The position numbers and the translations under genes were made by a program. Positions 44,795 to 54,264 of a DNA stretch of 64,000 bases are shown here, in pieces. How positions within the stretch are numbered: the first letter of the stretch is position 1; each line of letters begins with the position of its first letter. This DNA comes from a virus (taxonomy: Duplodnaviria > Caudoviricetes). The DNA lies in IMG/VR virus record IMGVR_UViG_3300027886_000005, positions 2,249-66,248 of that record; one strand, written 5' to 3'. The notes under the pieces are model-generated. The model ran no database searches. It worked only from the letters and a program-made list of their open reading frames with translations, and was not told the origin of the DNA.

Positions 44795-47611
44795 GTGGCC
44801 GTCCTCCGCACCCTCGTCACGCGCCTCGTGCTCGACAGCCGCCGGGCCTTCGCCGATCTCCGGGCGTACGGGCGTGAGTGGGTCACGCAGGCCAAGGTCG
44901 TCGAGGCCGCGGCGACGCGGATCGAGAACGCGGCCACGCGCGCCGGCGCGGCGATGGGGCGCGTCGCCTCCGGCGCTGCCGCGGTGAGGTCCGGCTCGGG
45001 CGGTCTCGGCTCGCCCTCTGGCGGCGCCGGCGGGGGCGGCCGCAGGCCGTCGCGCGACCCCGCGGAGGAGTTGCTGCGCGCGGCGAGGCGCGAGGCCCAG
45101 GAGAACGAGAGGGCGCAGCGCCGGGCCGACGCGCAGCGCCGCGGGCTCGAGCGCGCGGGCCGGCGCAACCTGCAGTCCGACGCGCGACAGTCCGGACTCG
45201 CCGCCGGCGGCGTGGCGGTCGCCGACGCGACGCGGGCCCTCGGCGCCTTCGCCACGGCCAGCGACCGCGCGAAGGCCAAGGTCACCGACCTCTCGGCGCA
45301 GGTGGCCCGCAACAGGAAGGAGATGGCCGACCTGCGGGAGCAGGCGGTGCGCACCGGCGACGCGGACGGCACGCTGGCGGCCCGCGTGCAGGGCCTGGCG
45401 GTCGCCACGGGGAAGGCCAACGTCGGCCTGTCCGAGGCGCGCAGGGAACTCCGCGCGGTCGACGGCGGCCTCATCGACGCCGTCAAGGGCGCGGCCAACC
45501 TGTCTGGGAAGTTCGACGCCCTGCGCGTCGCCGCGGGCAACCTGATCAGCGCTGGCATCTCCCGGGCGGTCAGCGGCGTATCCGACGCGCTGGTGGGCTC
45601 GACGAAGGCCGCGATGGACTTCGAGAAGTCGATCGTCGACGTCGCCAAGGTCGCCCGCGGGACCGACGACACCGCCGAGGGGATGGCGCGGATCGAGGCC
45701 GGGATCAAGTCCGCGAGCAAGGAACTTGGCGTCATGCCGGGCCAGGTCGCCGAGCTCACCGCCGCGATCGCCCCGGTGTTCTCCGGCAGCGAGGACCTCG
45801 TCGCGCTCACCAGCGACATCACCAAGGTGGGCGTCGCCTGGGACGTGTCGGGGCAGGAGGCCGGCAAGTTCTTCGCGGACGTGAGCCGCGGGCTCGGGAC
45901 GAACGCCGCGGAGACGAAGGACCTGTTCGGCGCGATCAACGAGCTCGGCAACCAGATCGGCGTCAAGTCGTCCGAGGTCGCCGAGGCGATGACCCGCAGC
46001 GCCGGCGTGCTCAAGGGCGCGAACATCAGCGGCCAGACCGGGGCGGCGCTGAACGCCACGCTCATCGCAGCGGGCGCGAGCGCCGACGTCGCGGCCACCG
46101 GCGTGCGCACGTTCGTCGCCCGTCTCGGCGCCGGCGAGGCGGCGACGGACAAGCAGATCAAGGCCTTCGAGACGCTCGGCCTGTCGGCCAAGGACGTCGC
46201 GCGCGAGCTCACCAGCGGCGACGCGCAGCGGGCGGAGAAGCAGATCAAGGAGGTCGTCCAGGCGATCAGTGGCCTGCGGGACGACCAGCGCCTGCCGACG
46301 CTGATCCAGTTGTTCGGCTCCGAGAGCATCGGCTCGATCGGCGCCGCGGCGACGGCCGTCGACACCCTGAGCAAGTCCTTCGAGATCGCCAGCGGAGAGT
46401 CGGCCCGGTTCAACTCGGTGCTCGGCGAGTACGACCGCGTGAGCAACACCAGCGCCGCGCGCGTGGAGAAGCTGAAGGCCAACATCGGCGTCCTCGCCGT
46501 CGAGCTCGGCGACAAGCTGCTCCCATACGTCGACCAGGTCGTCAACTTCCTGACCTCGCCCGAGGGCCAGGAGTGGGGAGCGAACGCGGTGGCCACCGCG
46601 GCGGAGGCGGCCCGCGGCTTCGCCGAGGCGGCGATGGCCGTGGGCGGCGCGCTCGGCTGGCTCGTCGAGAAGATCGGCGGCACCGGGACGGCGGTCGCGG
46701 TCCTAGGGGTCGCCGTCGCCGCGCTGGCCGGGCCGTGGGGGATCGCGGCGGCGGCGGCCGTGGCGGCGACGGCCCTGATGGTCGCGGGGATCGCCAAGGT
46801 CCTCGACAAGATCCCCGCGGTGCGGTCGGCGGTGAACTCGATGTTCGACGACATCACCGCGGCGACGGGGGACGCGAACCTGGCGAGGCTGCGCAAGGAG
46901 GCCGACGAGGCAGACCAGCGGGACCTCGGTGAGGTGACGGACCTCGACCGGGCCCGCCGAGCGATGGGGAGGGACGTGACGTCGCCGATCGACTCGAGGC
47001 CGGGCCCGTCGTTCGGCCGCGGCCCGGCGCCGATGGGCTCAGGACCGCCTCCCCCGGGGCCCGCCGAGGACGACGCCGGCCTGGGCGGCATGGACCGCTT
47101 CAACGCGCTCGTGGCTCGGCGGAACCGCGGCGCGCTGCGGCCGAGCGAGGCGAAGGAACTCCGGGCCCTGAGCAAGCGGCTCGACGTGGCGGTCCCTAAG
47201 AAGCCGGGCAAGGGCCACAAGCAGACGAAGATGGACCGGCAACTCGCCGCCATGGACCCTGCGCTCGCTGGGCTGCTGCGCCAGGGCGGCGAGGAGGACG
47301 CCGGCGGCGACCTGAAGGTCCACGACGACGTCCTGTCCAGGGGCGCCTTCTCGGCGGCCGGGCGCTCCCGCGGCCTTGGCGGCCTGTCCTCTGGGTCAGG
47401 CGGCGTCGGCCCGGGGCCGAACATCAACACGACTAACGTCTTCAACAACATCACGGTGAACCAGGCGATCGACGCCCGGGGTCAGAACCAGACCGCCGCC
47501 GAGTCGATCGCCTCGGTCGCCGACCGAGGGGCCCGCATGGTCGGCGGCGTGGTGTTCACCGGGGTCGAGCGGACGCTCTCGGCGAAGAACGCCGGCGGGC
47601 GGATGGCGTGA
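44795..47611 (+). CDS. Tape measure protein (TP901-type core)
   Basis: FEKSIVDVAKV, INELGNQ, AMTRSAG, LIQLFGSE; long helical Ala-rich sequence. Confidence 0.9.
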   Translation: MAVLRTLVTRLVLDSRRAFADLRAYGREWVTQAKVVEAAATRIENAATRAGAAMGRVASGAAAVRSGSGGLGSPSGGAGGGGRRPSRDPAEELLRAARREAQENERAQRRADAQRRGLERAGRRNLQSDARQSGLAAGGVAVADATRALGAFATASDRAKAKVTDLSAQVARNRKEMADLREQAVRTGDADGTLAARVQGLAVATGKANVGLSEARRELRAVDGGLIDAVKGAANLSGKFDALRVAAGNLISAGISRAVSGVSDALVGSTKAAMDFEKSIVDVAKVARGTDDTAEGMARIEAGIKSASKELGVMPGQVAELTAAIAPVFSGSEDLVALTSDITKVGVAWDVSGQEAGKFFADVSRGLGTNAAETKDLFGAINELGNQIGVKSSEVAEAMTRSAGVLKGANISGQTGAALNATLIAAGASADVAATGVRTFVARLGAGEAATDKQIKAFETLGLSAKDVARELTSGDAQRAEKQIKEVVQAISGLRDDQRLPTLIQLFGSESIGSIGAAATAVDTLSKSFEIASGESARFNSVLGEYDRVSNTSAARVEKLKANIGVLAVELGDKLLPYVDQVVNFLTSPEGQEWGANAVATAAEAARGFAEAAMAVGGALGWLVEKIGGTGTAVAVLGVAVAALAGPWGIAAAAAVAATALMVAGIAKVLDKIPAVRSAVNSMFDDITAATGDANLARLRKEADEADQRDLGEVTDLDRARRAMGRDVTSPIDSRPGPSFGRGPAPMGSGPPPPGPAEDDAGLGGMDRFNALVARRNRGALRPSEAKELRALSKRLDVAVPKKPGKGHKQTKMDRQLAAMDPALAGLLRQGGEEDAGGDLKVHDDVLSRGAFSAAGRSRGLGGLSSGSGGVGPGPNINTTNVFNNITVNQAIDARGQNQTAAESIASVADRGARMVGGVVFTGVERTLSAKNAGGRMA

Positions 47612-47612
47612 C

Positions 47613-48437
47613 CTACTCGCCCAGCGCCTCGCGGATCTCCTGGGCGCTTCGCTGGAGGAGCGCATCCTCGAATGCCTTGGCCCGGTGCTGCGCCTCGTTC
47701 CTCGCCCCCAGCGCCTCGGAGGTCTCCCGGACGAGGTCGTCGCACCGCGCGTGGACCTTGGCAAGGTCCTCTCGTTGCTTGGCGATGATCGCGTCCTTGT
47801 CGGCCATCATCTTCGTCATGTCGGCGATGAGTCGCTCCTGGTTGGCGACCTCGACGTTGAAGTCGTGGACGCGGGCGCCGACGTGGTCGCGCATCTCGTC
47901 GTCGGTCCCGGCCGCGCCGGCGAGGCCGTTGGCCCACGCGCGCCAGGCGAGCAGGTCGTTCGCGGAGGCGAGCAGGGACTCGCGTTCGTTGTCGATGTAG
48001 CGGTCGCCAGCCGAGGCGGAGGCCTCCGCCGCGAGCAGTTCTCGCTTGACGTTGTCGTAGGCCACCGCGAAGGCCGACTCGCTGTCCAGGAGACGTGAGG
48101 CGGCGCCCCAGAGCGCCTCGGCCTCCCGGCGCATGGCGTCGCCGCGGATGAGCAGTGAGGCGGCCACGTCGGCGAGGCGACGGGCGACGGCGGTCGTGGC
48201 CCGCAGGTGGGCCTCGCGGCCGTTCGTTACGTCGTCGAGCAAGACGTCAAGGATGACATCGGCGTCGGACTGGTCGTGTCCGGTGACCGGCCAGAGACGC
48301 GCTGCCTCGCCGTGGTCGACGGCGAGCGCGACGCCGTCAGCCAGAGCGAGCAGGTCGGCGTCGTTGGGGTGGGACTCGACGCGCTCGCGGAGGAGGTCGT
48401 CGAGGGCGGCGAGGATGAGTGGGGTGCGGTCGATCAT
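47613..48437 (-). CDS. Inserted coiled-coil hypothetical protein (antisense)
   Basis: Behind a perfect dyad/-10 box at 48442-48461. Confidence 0.65.
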   Translation of the reverse strand: MIDRTPLILAALDDLLRERVESHPNDADLLALADGVALAVDHGEAARLWPVTGHDQSDADVILDVLLDDVTNGREAHLRATTAVARRLADVAASLLIRGDAMRREAEALWGAASRLLDSESAFAVAYDNVKRELLAAEASASAGDRYIDNERESLLASANDLLAWRAWANGLAGAAGTDDEMRDHVGARVHDFNVEVANQERLIADMTKMMADKDAIIAKQREDLAKVHARCDDLVRETSEALGARNEAQHRAKAFEDALLQRSAQEIREALGE

Positions 48438-48441
48438 GGCT

Positions 48442-48461
48442 GAGACAGCTTAGCATGTCTC
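48442..48461 (-). promoter_or_regulatory. Dyad operator containing the extended -10 box
   Basis: GAGACA-TGCTAAGC-TGTCTC. Confidence 0.7.
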
Positions 48462-48511
48462 TCGCCCCTGCCGACCCTGCCCGCTCGTCCTGACAGGCCC
48501 GCGCGCCCGTC

Positions 48512-48615
48512 CTTCTGATAGATACCCTGTGGCTGGCTGTCCCGCGCACCGGGCCTGCTTCCGGACTTCGCAGGCTACGTCCGGGGCCCTGCGGGACGCC
48601 ACAGGGTATCAGAAG
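48512..48615 (-). ncRNA. Structured element copy 2 (core 48524-48607), inverted relative to copy 1
   Basis: 84 bp identical to the reverse complement of 11972-12055; own outer stem; TTGACA-18nt-TACCCT upstream on the minus strand. Confidence 0.65.
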
Positions 48616-48704
48616 GAGAGGGCGCCTGTCAAGTGGCCGCGTTAGGGCTTGTGGTTACGGATGGTTGGGAGATGGCACGGCGGGCCGGCAATTAGCCTCG
48701 CCCC

Positions 48705-49313
48705 GTGGCCACCGTCCTCCGGCGCCAGTCCCAGCCCCTGATGTCGATCGGGGACCTCGTCTTCGACTGCGAGGTGTCCGTCCAGCGCGGCGGCCAGCGC
48801 GAGATCAGTCGGCGGCGGCTGGCGAGCGGCGCCCGCGTGTCCGAGCACTCCCGCCGCCTCCCGCGCACCTGGCAGGTCGAGGGCGCCGTGTCCGCCCTGC
48901 CACCGGCGCAGAACGTCGGGCGGCCGGGAGCGAGCGCCACGCTCGGCGGCCTGAACGCCCTGCCGGTCGCCGCGTCCGCCTTCTCCGCCGCAGCCATCGC
49001 CAGCAGGGTCAAGGACTTCGAGACGCGGCTGGACCGCCTCCTCGACGACGACGTGTTCGGTCCAGTTGAACTCGTCAGCAAGGTCGTCGGCCGGCCGCTC
49101 GTGGTCATCACGGAGTGGCAGGCGACCACGACCGGGGACGACGGGATGGTGGGGCGCTACCGCCTCACGCTCGAGGAGGTCCAGCGGGCGGACCTGACGA
49201 TCACGGACGGGACGCCGGAGTCGCTGGCGCTGGTCGGGTCGGGCGGCGCGCCGCAGCCGGGCGGGGGCGGGCCCAGCCAGGCGACCCCGGTGACGCTCGA
49301 GGTCGTGCCGTAG
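48705..49313 (+). CDS. Tail tube initiator/baseplate hub-proximal protein
   Basis: FDCEVSVQR..ISRRRLASGARVSEH..LPRTWQVEG. Confidence 0.7.
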   Translation: MATVLRRQSQPLMSIGDLVFDCEVSVQRGGQREISRRRLASGARVSEHSRRLPRTWQVEGAVSALPPAQNVGRPGASATLGGLNALPVAASAFSAAAIASRVKDFETRLDRLLDDDVFGPVELVSKVVGRPLVVITEWQATTTGDDGMVGRYRLTLEEVQRADLTITDGTPESLALVGSGGAPQPGGGGPSQATPVTLEVVP

Positions 49314-49358
49314 CATGGGCGATTGCACCGCCGGACGAGACATGTTAGCGTGTTTCGT

Positions 49359-49622
49359 ATGACCACTCACGCAATCGATCCCACGACGAAGGCCGCTCGG
49401 TGTGCCTCGTACATCTACCAAGGCGACCAAGAGTACGTATGGGTCACCTGCCGGGCGTGCCTGCGCATGCTCGATGAGTTCGAAGGCGGATCCGTCGTCG
49501 AGCAAGTCCCGCCGCGAGCAGCCTTCGTCAACACCGGCGCCGAGCACATGCCGATCGGCCTCGGCTATCACCTGCTCCACCTCCAGCACCTCGCCGCCTG
49601 CGGGGAGAGGGACGAGTCGTGA
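49359..49622 (+). CDS. Inserted small gene
   Basis: GAGACATGT-TAGCGT-GTTTCGT-ATG. Confidence 0.55.
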   Translation: MTTHAIDPTTKAARCASYIYQGDQEYVWVTCRACLRMLDEFEGGSVVEQVPPRAAFVNTGAEHMPIGLGYHLLHLQHLAACGERDES

Positions 49623-49828
49623 TGCAGACGCAACATCAGATTTACGCCGAACATCGCGCTGCGTGGGCCAACGCGAGGACTAGGAGCGTGTCCGATGAGC
49701 GCCAGGACACTGTCCTTTACCTGCGTAGACTGGCGAACAAAAGACTTGAGCCCGAGGTCTACAAGGCCCTGCGAGATGCGGCTCAGGACCTCGAGAACGG
49801 GAAGCACGAAGGAGAGGCCGACCGATGA
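49622..49828 (+). CDS. Small hypothetical protein
   Basis: TGATG coupling. Confidence 0.5.
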   Translation: MQTQHQIYAEHRAAWANARTRSVSDERQDTVLYLRRLANKRLEPEVYKALRDAAQDLENGKHEGEADR

Positions 49829-50010
49829 CCCGCGACGTTCCGTTCGATGAGGAGGTCGCCGAGCGCGACCCGGAGACACAAGAGAGCTTCGCCGATGTGC
49901 GCCCGCTGGGCGAGGTCGAGGCGATGCGCGTACGGTGGGCCGCCTTGTTCGGTGACGCCAGCCGTGAACAGGTCATCGAGGCGATGCGCGAGAATCTACG
50001 CAAGGCATAG
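49825..50010 (+). CDS. Small hypothetical protein
   Basis: GAAGGAG RBS; ATGA coupling. Confidence 0.5.
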   Translation: MTRDVPFDEEVAERDPETQESFADVRPLGEVEAMRVRWAALFGDASREQVIEAMRENLRKA

Positions 50011-50019
50011 CCTCGCTTC

Positions 50020-50406
50020 GTGCCGACGTCCGTCCCCACCCGCCGCCTCGAGTTCGCCAGGTCCGCCTGGGACACGCTGGCGTCGGGCGCCGTCGTGCTC
50101 GACCCCAACGGGTCGCGGTACCTCATCCGCATGCGCTGGCTTCCGGTCGCCGAGTCGTGGGCCCTGACGCTCCTGCTCACCTCGGGGGCCGTCGTCGTCC
50201 ACAACGCCGCCGTCCGCGACCGAACGGATTGCCTCCTGGGAGTGTCGACTACGGGGCGCCCCGTCGGCGCCATCATCTCGTACGACCCCAAGGGCCGCGG
50301 CGACCCGACTCTCACGTCGTTCTCGCAAGGCGGCGTGGGCCTGTACTACCTCCCGGGCGGGTTCGTCCCGCACGACTTCAGCCTGTACAACACGGACGTC
50401 GCGTAG
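50020..50406 (+). CDS. Baseplate plug-like protein
   Basis: YLIRMRWLPVAESWALTL...LYYLP. Confidence 0.65.
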   Translation: MPTSVPTRRLEFARSAWDTLASGAVVLDPNGSRYLIRMRWLPVAESWALTLLLTSGAVVVHNAAVRDRTDCLLGVSTTGRPVGAIISYDPKGRGDPTLTSFSQGGVGLYYLPGGFVPHDFSLYNTDVA

Positions 50407-50426
50407 CGACATGCTAGGATGGTTGC

Positions 50427-50750
50427 ATGTCCTACGACATCTGGCTGGAAGCGGACCTCGGCGGCAACAAGCCGTACGTGATCGACGAGAACCACAACCA
50501 CACGAGCAACACGTCGCGCATGTGGTCCGCGGCCGGGGCCGACCTCGCGGAAATGGACGGCCTGCCCGCGGGCGAGTGCATCCCACTACTGGAGCGGGCC
50601 GTCGCCGACATGGACGCCAGGCCTGAGTTCTACGCCGCCATGAACCCGCCGAACGGATGGGGCAGCAACGAGACGTGTCGGGCGTTCCTGTCGTCCTTGC
50701 TTGATTTCTTCCGCAAGGCCCCGCGGGCGAAGGTCGTCGTCAGTCGGTGA
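50427..50750 (+). CDS. Inserted conserved phage protein (MSYDI...NHTSN...MNPPNGWG type)
   Basis: Recognisable phage motif; class-A promoter. Confidence 0.65.
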   Translation: MSYDIWLEADLGGNKPYVIDENHNHTSNTSRMWSAAGADLAEMDGLPAGECIPLLERAVADMDARPEFYAAMNPPNGWGSNETCRAFLSSLLDFFRKAPRAKVVVSR

Positions 50751-51853
50751 CGTTCTCCCTCTACCGCCGCACCCGCTCCGCCCGGCTCGTCGTCACGACG
50801 CCGGACGGCGCCGTCGTGCAGGTCGACAACCTCGTCGGCGACACCGGGTTCTCGCTCGAGTTCGAGGCGCGGCGGACCATGGACGAGTCTCTGGGGGAGT
50901 TCCAGGTCTCCGCGTACAACCTGCCCCCCGAGGCGATCACGCTGCTCGAGTCGGCGCAGACGAGGCGCGTCGACGACATCGACCGGCTCCTCGTCGGCGC
51001 CGGCCTCTCCGTCTCCGAGGTCGCCGCGGACGGCACCGCCGCGCTCGCCGGCGGCTTCCTCGTGGCCGAGGTCCACGCCGGCTACGACGGCACCATGTCC
51101 CGCGTGTTCTCGGCGGTCGGGGCCCGCGCGTCGTCGGGGTACGCCGAGTCATCCGGCGAGGGACAGGACCGCGACCGGCAGGGGCGCTTCGTCAAGCAGG
51201 TCGGCGAGCTCACCTACCGCACCCGGATCTCCGCGCTCGACTCGCTCGACGGATGCCTCTTCGGCCTGCCGCAGTCGTCCTTCCCCGGCGGCACGACGAT
51301 GTTCGAACTCGTCGACTACCTGCGCCGGATCGCCGGGCTCGGGCCGGGCAACCTGACGCAGGCTGGCCTGGCCGCGCTCATCGGCGACGCGCGGCTGTCC
51401 TCGCCGTACCACGTCAGCGGCGGCGAGGCCCTGGCCCACCTGCGCAACGTCCTGCAGTACCTGCCGCTCCGGTGGTTCGTCGACGACCGCGCCCTGTGGA
51501 TCTGCGGGCGAGACGACGTGCCGAACCCGAACGGGGTCCCGGCGTACGTCGCCGACGAGGTCGGAGAGCCGGACCTCCTCACCACGCGACCCAGGCGCGA
51601 CGATGGCGGGTTCATCCGCGCCGAGTGCCTGCTCTGCCCGCGGCTCCTCCCCGGCCGTCTGGTGCGCCTCACGGAGGCCGGGCTCGCGCTCGCGCTGCAG
51701 GGCCTGTCCCCCACCGAGCAGCAGGTCACGTACGCGCAGGTCCCCCCGGGCCTCTACCGCCTGGAGGAGGTCACGCACACCGGGTCGACCTCGGACATGG
51801 AGCGGTGGACGACGACGATGCTGCTGCGCCCGGGCGTGGCGAAGAACGCGTAG
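50747..51853 (+). CDS. Baseplate hub protein
   Basis: VSAYNLPPE, AGYDG, WFVDDRAL, CLLCPRLLPG, YRLEEVTHTGST. Confidence 0.75.
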   Translation: MTFSLYRRTRSARLVVTTPDGAVVQVDNLVGDTGFSLEFEARRTMDESLGEFQVSAYNLPPEAITLLESAQTRRVDDIDRLLVGAGLSVSEVAADGTAALAGGFLVAEVHAGYDGTMSRVFSAVGARASSGYAESSGEGQDRDRQGRFVKQVGELTYRTRISALDSLDGCLFGLPQSSFPGGTTMFELVDYLRRIAGLGPGNLTQAGLAALIGDARLSSPYHVSGGEALAHLRNVLQYLPLRWFVDDRALWICGRDDVPNPNGVPAYVADEVGEPDLLTTRPRRDDGGFIRAECLLCPRLLPGRLVRLTEAGLALALQGLSPTEQQVTYAQVPPGLYRLEEVTHTGSTSDMERWTTTMLLRPGVAKNA

Positions 51854-51857
51854 CGTC

Positions 51858-51877
51858 GAGACATGCTAGGATGTCTC
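51858..51877 (+). promoter_or_regulatory. Dyad operator containing the extended -10 box
   Basis: GAGACA-TGCTAGGA-TGTCTC, ATG at 51880. Confidence 0.7.
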
Positions 51878-51879
51878 CC

Positions 51880-52428
51880 ATGCAGAGACACGTGATCGAG
51901 CTGGTGGCCGCGCGCGCGGCCGAACTCCTGGGCGAGTGGATCGGCCTGAGCCCATTCGCCAAGAGCGACAACGGCGACGAGAGCAGCGTCGGCGGCTTGG
52001 CCATGGTCCTCGGGGCCATGCTCGCCGCGAAGGCTCCGCCGCCCCCACCGGATGCCGTCGAGCGGATGCGCGACCACATCCTGGCGGACATCGCTGGCAG
52101 GGCAAAAAACGGACAGGTCATGCGGATGACGTACGACGTGGACTACGGCCCAGGACGAGAATTGTCCAGGTTGGCGGAGTCGTGCGAGATCAAGTCGTCC
52201 TGGCCCATCAAGTCGCACCTCACGATCTATCTCCACCATAGCAAGACGTCAATCTACAACAAACGCAACTACGGTGCCGAGGGCCTGACGCACTACCTCA
52301 TCGACGGGCGCGGGTGGATCGTCAGCCCCAGCACCATCGACGCCCGGGTGCTGCCGATCGTCCTCGCCGCCATCGACCGCGGCGATGTGAGCCCAGACGT
52401 GGCGCGGCTGGAGCCGTTCAAGACCTGA
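51880..52428 (+). CDS. Inserted hypothetical gene
   Basis: Leaderless start behind the dyad. Confidence 0.65.
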   Translation: MQRHVIELVAARAAELLGEWIGLSPFAKSDNGDESSVGGLAMVLGAMLAAKAPPPPPDAVERMRDHILADIAGRAKNGQVMRMTYDVDYGPGRELSRLAESCEIKSSWPIKSHLTIYLHHSKTSIYNKRNYGAEGLTHYLIDGRGWIVSPSTIDARVLPIVLAAIDRGDVSPDVARLEPFKT

Positions 52429-52445
52429 CGGGCCAACCTCGCCCC

Positions 52446-53204
52446 GTGGCCGACGAGCAGCAGATCAAGATCGACCTCTACGAGGACGTGCTCATGGGGG
52501 CCGTCCGGAAGATCCGCCAGACCTTCCGCGTGGGCCTCCCGGCGCGGGTGAAGTCGGCCTACCGGTCGACCAGCCGCGCCGACGTGACGTTCGGCGTGCG
52601 CTGGCTGGCGACGAACCGCGAGGTCTTCGAGGAGCCGCCGGCCCCGGCGCTGCCCGTCCTCCTCCCCCGTGGCGGCGGGTACGCGATCCACTTCGACCTG
52701 CGCGCCGGCGACCTGGGCGTGGCCCTCGCCTGCGACGGGCCCGTGTCAGGCCTCTACGACACGGGCGACGCCGTCACCCCGCAGTTCCCCCAGATGCACG
52801 ACTACGGCTGCGCGGTGTTCTACCCGTGCGGACGGGTCAGCAACGAGCAGGTCCCGACCGAGCCTCCGAACCCGGCGGGCACGATGACGGTCGGCGCCGA
52901 GGACGGGAGCGCCACCGTCGAACTCAAGGGCCGCGGCCTGCCGTCGCTCGCCGAGCAGGGCACCGTGGTCATCCGCGCGACGACGCACGTGCCCCCGTCG
53001 TTCGCCGTCCTGCTCGGCGGCGACGGGGCAGTCCTCGGCGTGGCCCGACTCACCGACTCGGTCGACCGCAACGCGCTCCTCACCACGTGGATGTCGCAGG
53101 TCACCGCCGCGATCAACGGCCTTGTGCCGGGCAGCGTGACCCCGTTCCTGACGTCAGGGATCGGCACCATCTCCTCGGCGAGCGACAAGGTGTCGGCGGA
53201 GTAG
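52446..53204 (+). CDS. Baseplate spike (Gp138-like)
   Basis: GLPARV, LPVLLPRGGG, LRAGDLGV..CDG, HDYGCAVF. Confidence 0.75.
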   Translation: MADEQQIKIDLYEDVLMGAVRKIRQTFRVGLPARVKSAYRSTSRADVTFGVRWLATNREVFEEPPAPALPVLLPRGGGYAIHFDLRAGDLGVALACDGPVSGLYDTGDAVTPQFPQMHDYGCAVFYPCGRVSNEQVPTEPPNPAGTMTVGAEDGSATVELKGRGLPSLAEQGTVVIRATTHVPPSFAVLLGGDGAVLGVARLTDSVDRNALLTTWMSQVTAAINGLVPGSVTPFLTSGIGTISSASDKVSAE

Positions 53205-53208
53205 CCCC

Positions 53209-53228
53209 GTGACATGCTAAGGTGTCAC
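53209..53228 (+). promoter_or_regulatory. Dyad operator variant with compensatory arms
   Basis: GTGACA-TGCTAAGG-TGTCAC, GTG at 53231. Confidence 0.7.
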
Positions 53229-53230
53229 CT

Positions 53231-53458
53231 GTGAAGCGCATCAAACAAATCATCGAGTCACTCAAGGTCATTTCCGACAAGCCGTCGAAGACCATCGCCG
53301 ACATGGCTGACCGCGTCTTGTCCGACGCCGGGGGTATGGACGCGGAGGTTGAGGCGAATGCCTCCGCGGAGGACCTGCGCCTGGTCAAGAACATCCTTCT
53401 GGCCGTCGTCCGTCTCGCCGAGGACATGGAGAAGCCGGTCGCGGAGGCGAAGTCGTGA
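53231..53458 (+). CDS. Inserted small gene
   Basis: Leaderless start. Confidence 0.55.
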   Translation: MKRIKQIIESLKVISDKPSKTIADMADRVLSDAGGMDAEVEANASAEDLRLVKNILLAVVRLAEDMEKPVAEAKS

Positions 53459-53565
53459 GCATCGTCGAGTTCGCTGCAACGGCGACCGCATTCGAGACGT
53501 GGCTGTTCCTGGTCACGGCCGTTTGGTTCGGGGTTTTCCTCGGCCGGGCGTCCTGGGGAAAGTAG
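53455..53565 (+). CDS. 36-aa single-TM peptide (absent from the ORF track)
   Basis: MSIVEFAATATAFETWLFLVTAVWFGVFLGRASWGK; GTGA coupling; its stop is the next -10 box. Confidence 0.5.
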   Translation: MSIVEFAATATAFETWLFLVTAVWFGVFLGRASWGK

Positions 53566-53574
53566 GCTCGCCCC

Positions 53575-53805
53575 GTGCCGACCTTCCTGGAAGCCCTCTG
53601 GATCGCGCTGTACTCCGCCGAGGTGCAGCGCCAGTACGCCGCCTACGCCTCGTCGGGTAAGACGGTCGCGGTCACCATGACGCAGGCGCAGGTAGACGCG
53701 GTCGCCGCGAGCGCGCAGGCGGTGGCCGACGCGTTCGTGACCGCGACGACCCCGGACAGCCTCGCCGCGCTGCAGGCCGCCATCGCCGCGCTCAAGCCTG
53801 CGTGA
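53575..53805 (+). CDS. Small baseplate-module protein
   Basis: TAGGCT-6nt-GTG. Confidence 0.55.
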   Translation: MPTFLEALWIALYSAEVQRQYAAYASSGKTVAVTMTQAQVDAVAASAQAVADAFVTATTPDSLAALQAAIAALKPA

Positions 53806-53816
53806 CGTGACGCGCC

Positions 53817-54257
53817 ATGCCTGACTCGACCTCGACCACCTGGAACCCTGGCGAGCCAGTCTTCGACCAGTCGACCGGAGAGCCGTACGTCGACGCCGAG
53901 GGGGCGCTCGTCGAGGTCGCGCCCGGCCTGCTCGTCCAGGCCCCGGACGGGCGCACGCTCGACGGCGACGACGTGGCCAACGCCGCGTGGCTGCGCGCGA
54001 ACGTCTACGAGGGCGAGTGCCAGCGCCAGCGAACCGTGGGCGTGCCGTACCTGCAGCAGGGGCTCGGCCAGATGGATGACGCCCGCGCGGTCGACATCGT
54101 GGCTGCCGAGGTCGTCGAGCGCACCCCTGGCGTCGGCGGCGTGGTCGACGTGCGCTCGAGGGGGATCGACCCGCTGACGCGCGTGCTCCACTTCGACGCC
54201 GCGCTGCTCCGGCAGGGCGGCGACGAGCAGCCGTTCGCGGGCGTCGTCGGGCCATAA
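53817..54257 (+). CDS. Baseplate wedge/sheath initiator (gp25-like)
   Basis: GECQRQRTVGVPY..VVERTPGVGGV..TRVLHFDA. Confidence 0.65.
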   Translation: MPDSTSTTWNPGEPVFDQSTGEPYVDAEGALVEVAPGLLVQAPDGRTLDGDDVANAAWLRANVYEGECQRQRTVGVPYLQQGLGQMDDARAVDIVAAEVVERTPGVGGVVDVRSRGIDPLTRVLHFDAALLRQGGDEQPFAGVVGP

Positions 54258-54264
54258 TACTTGT

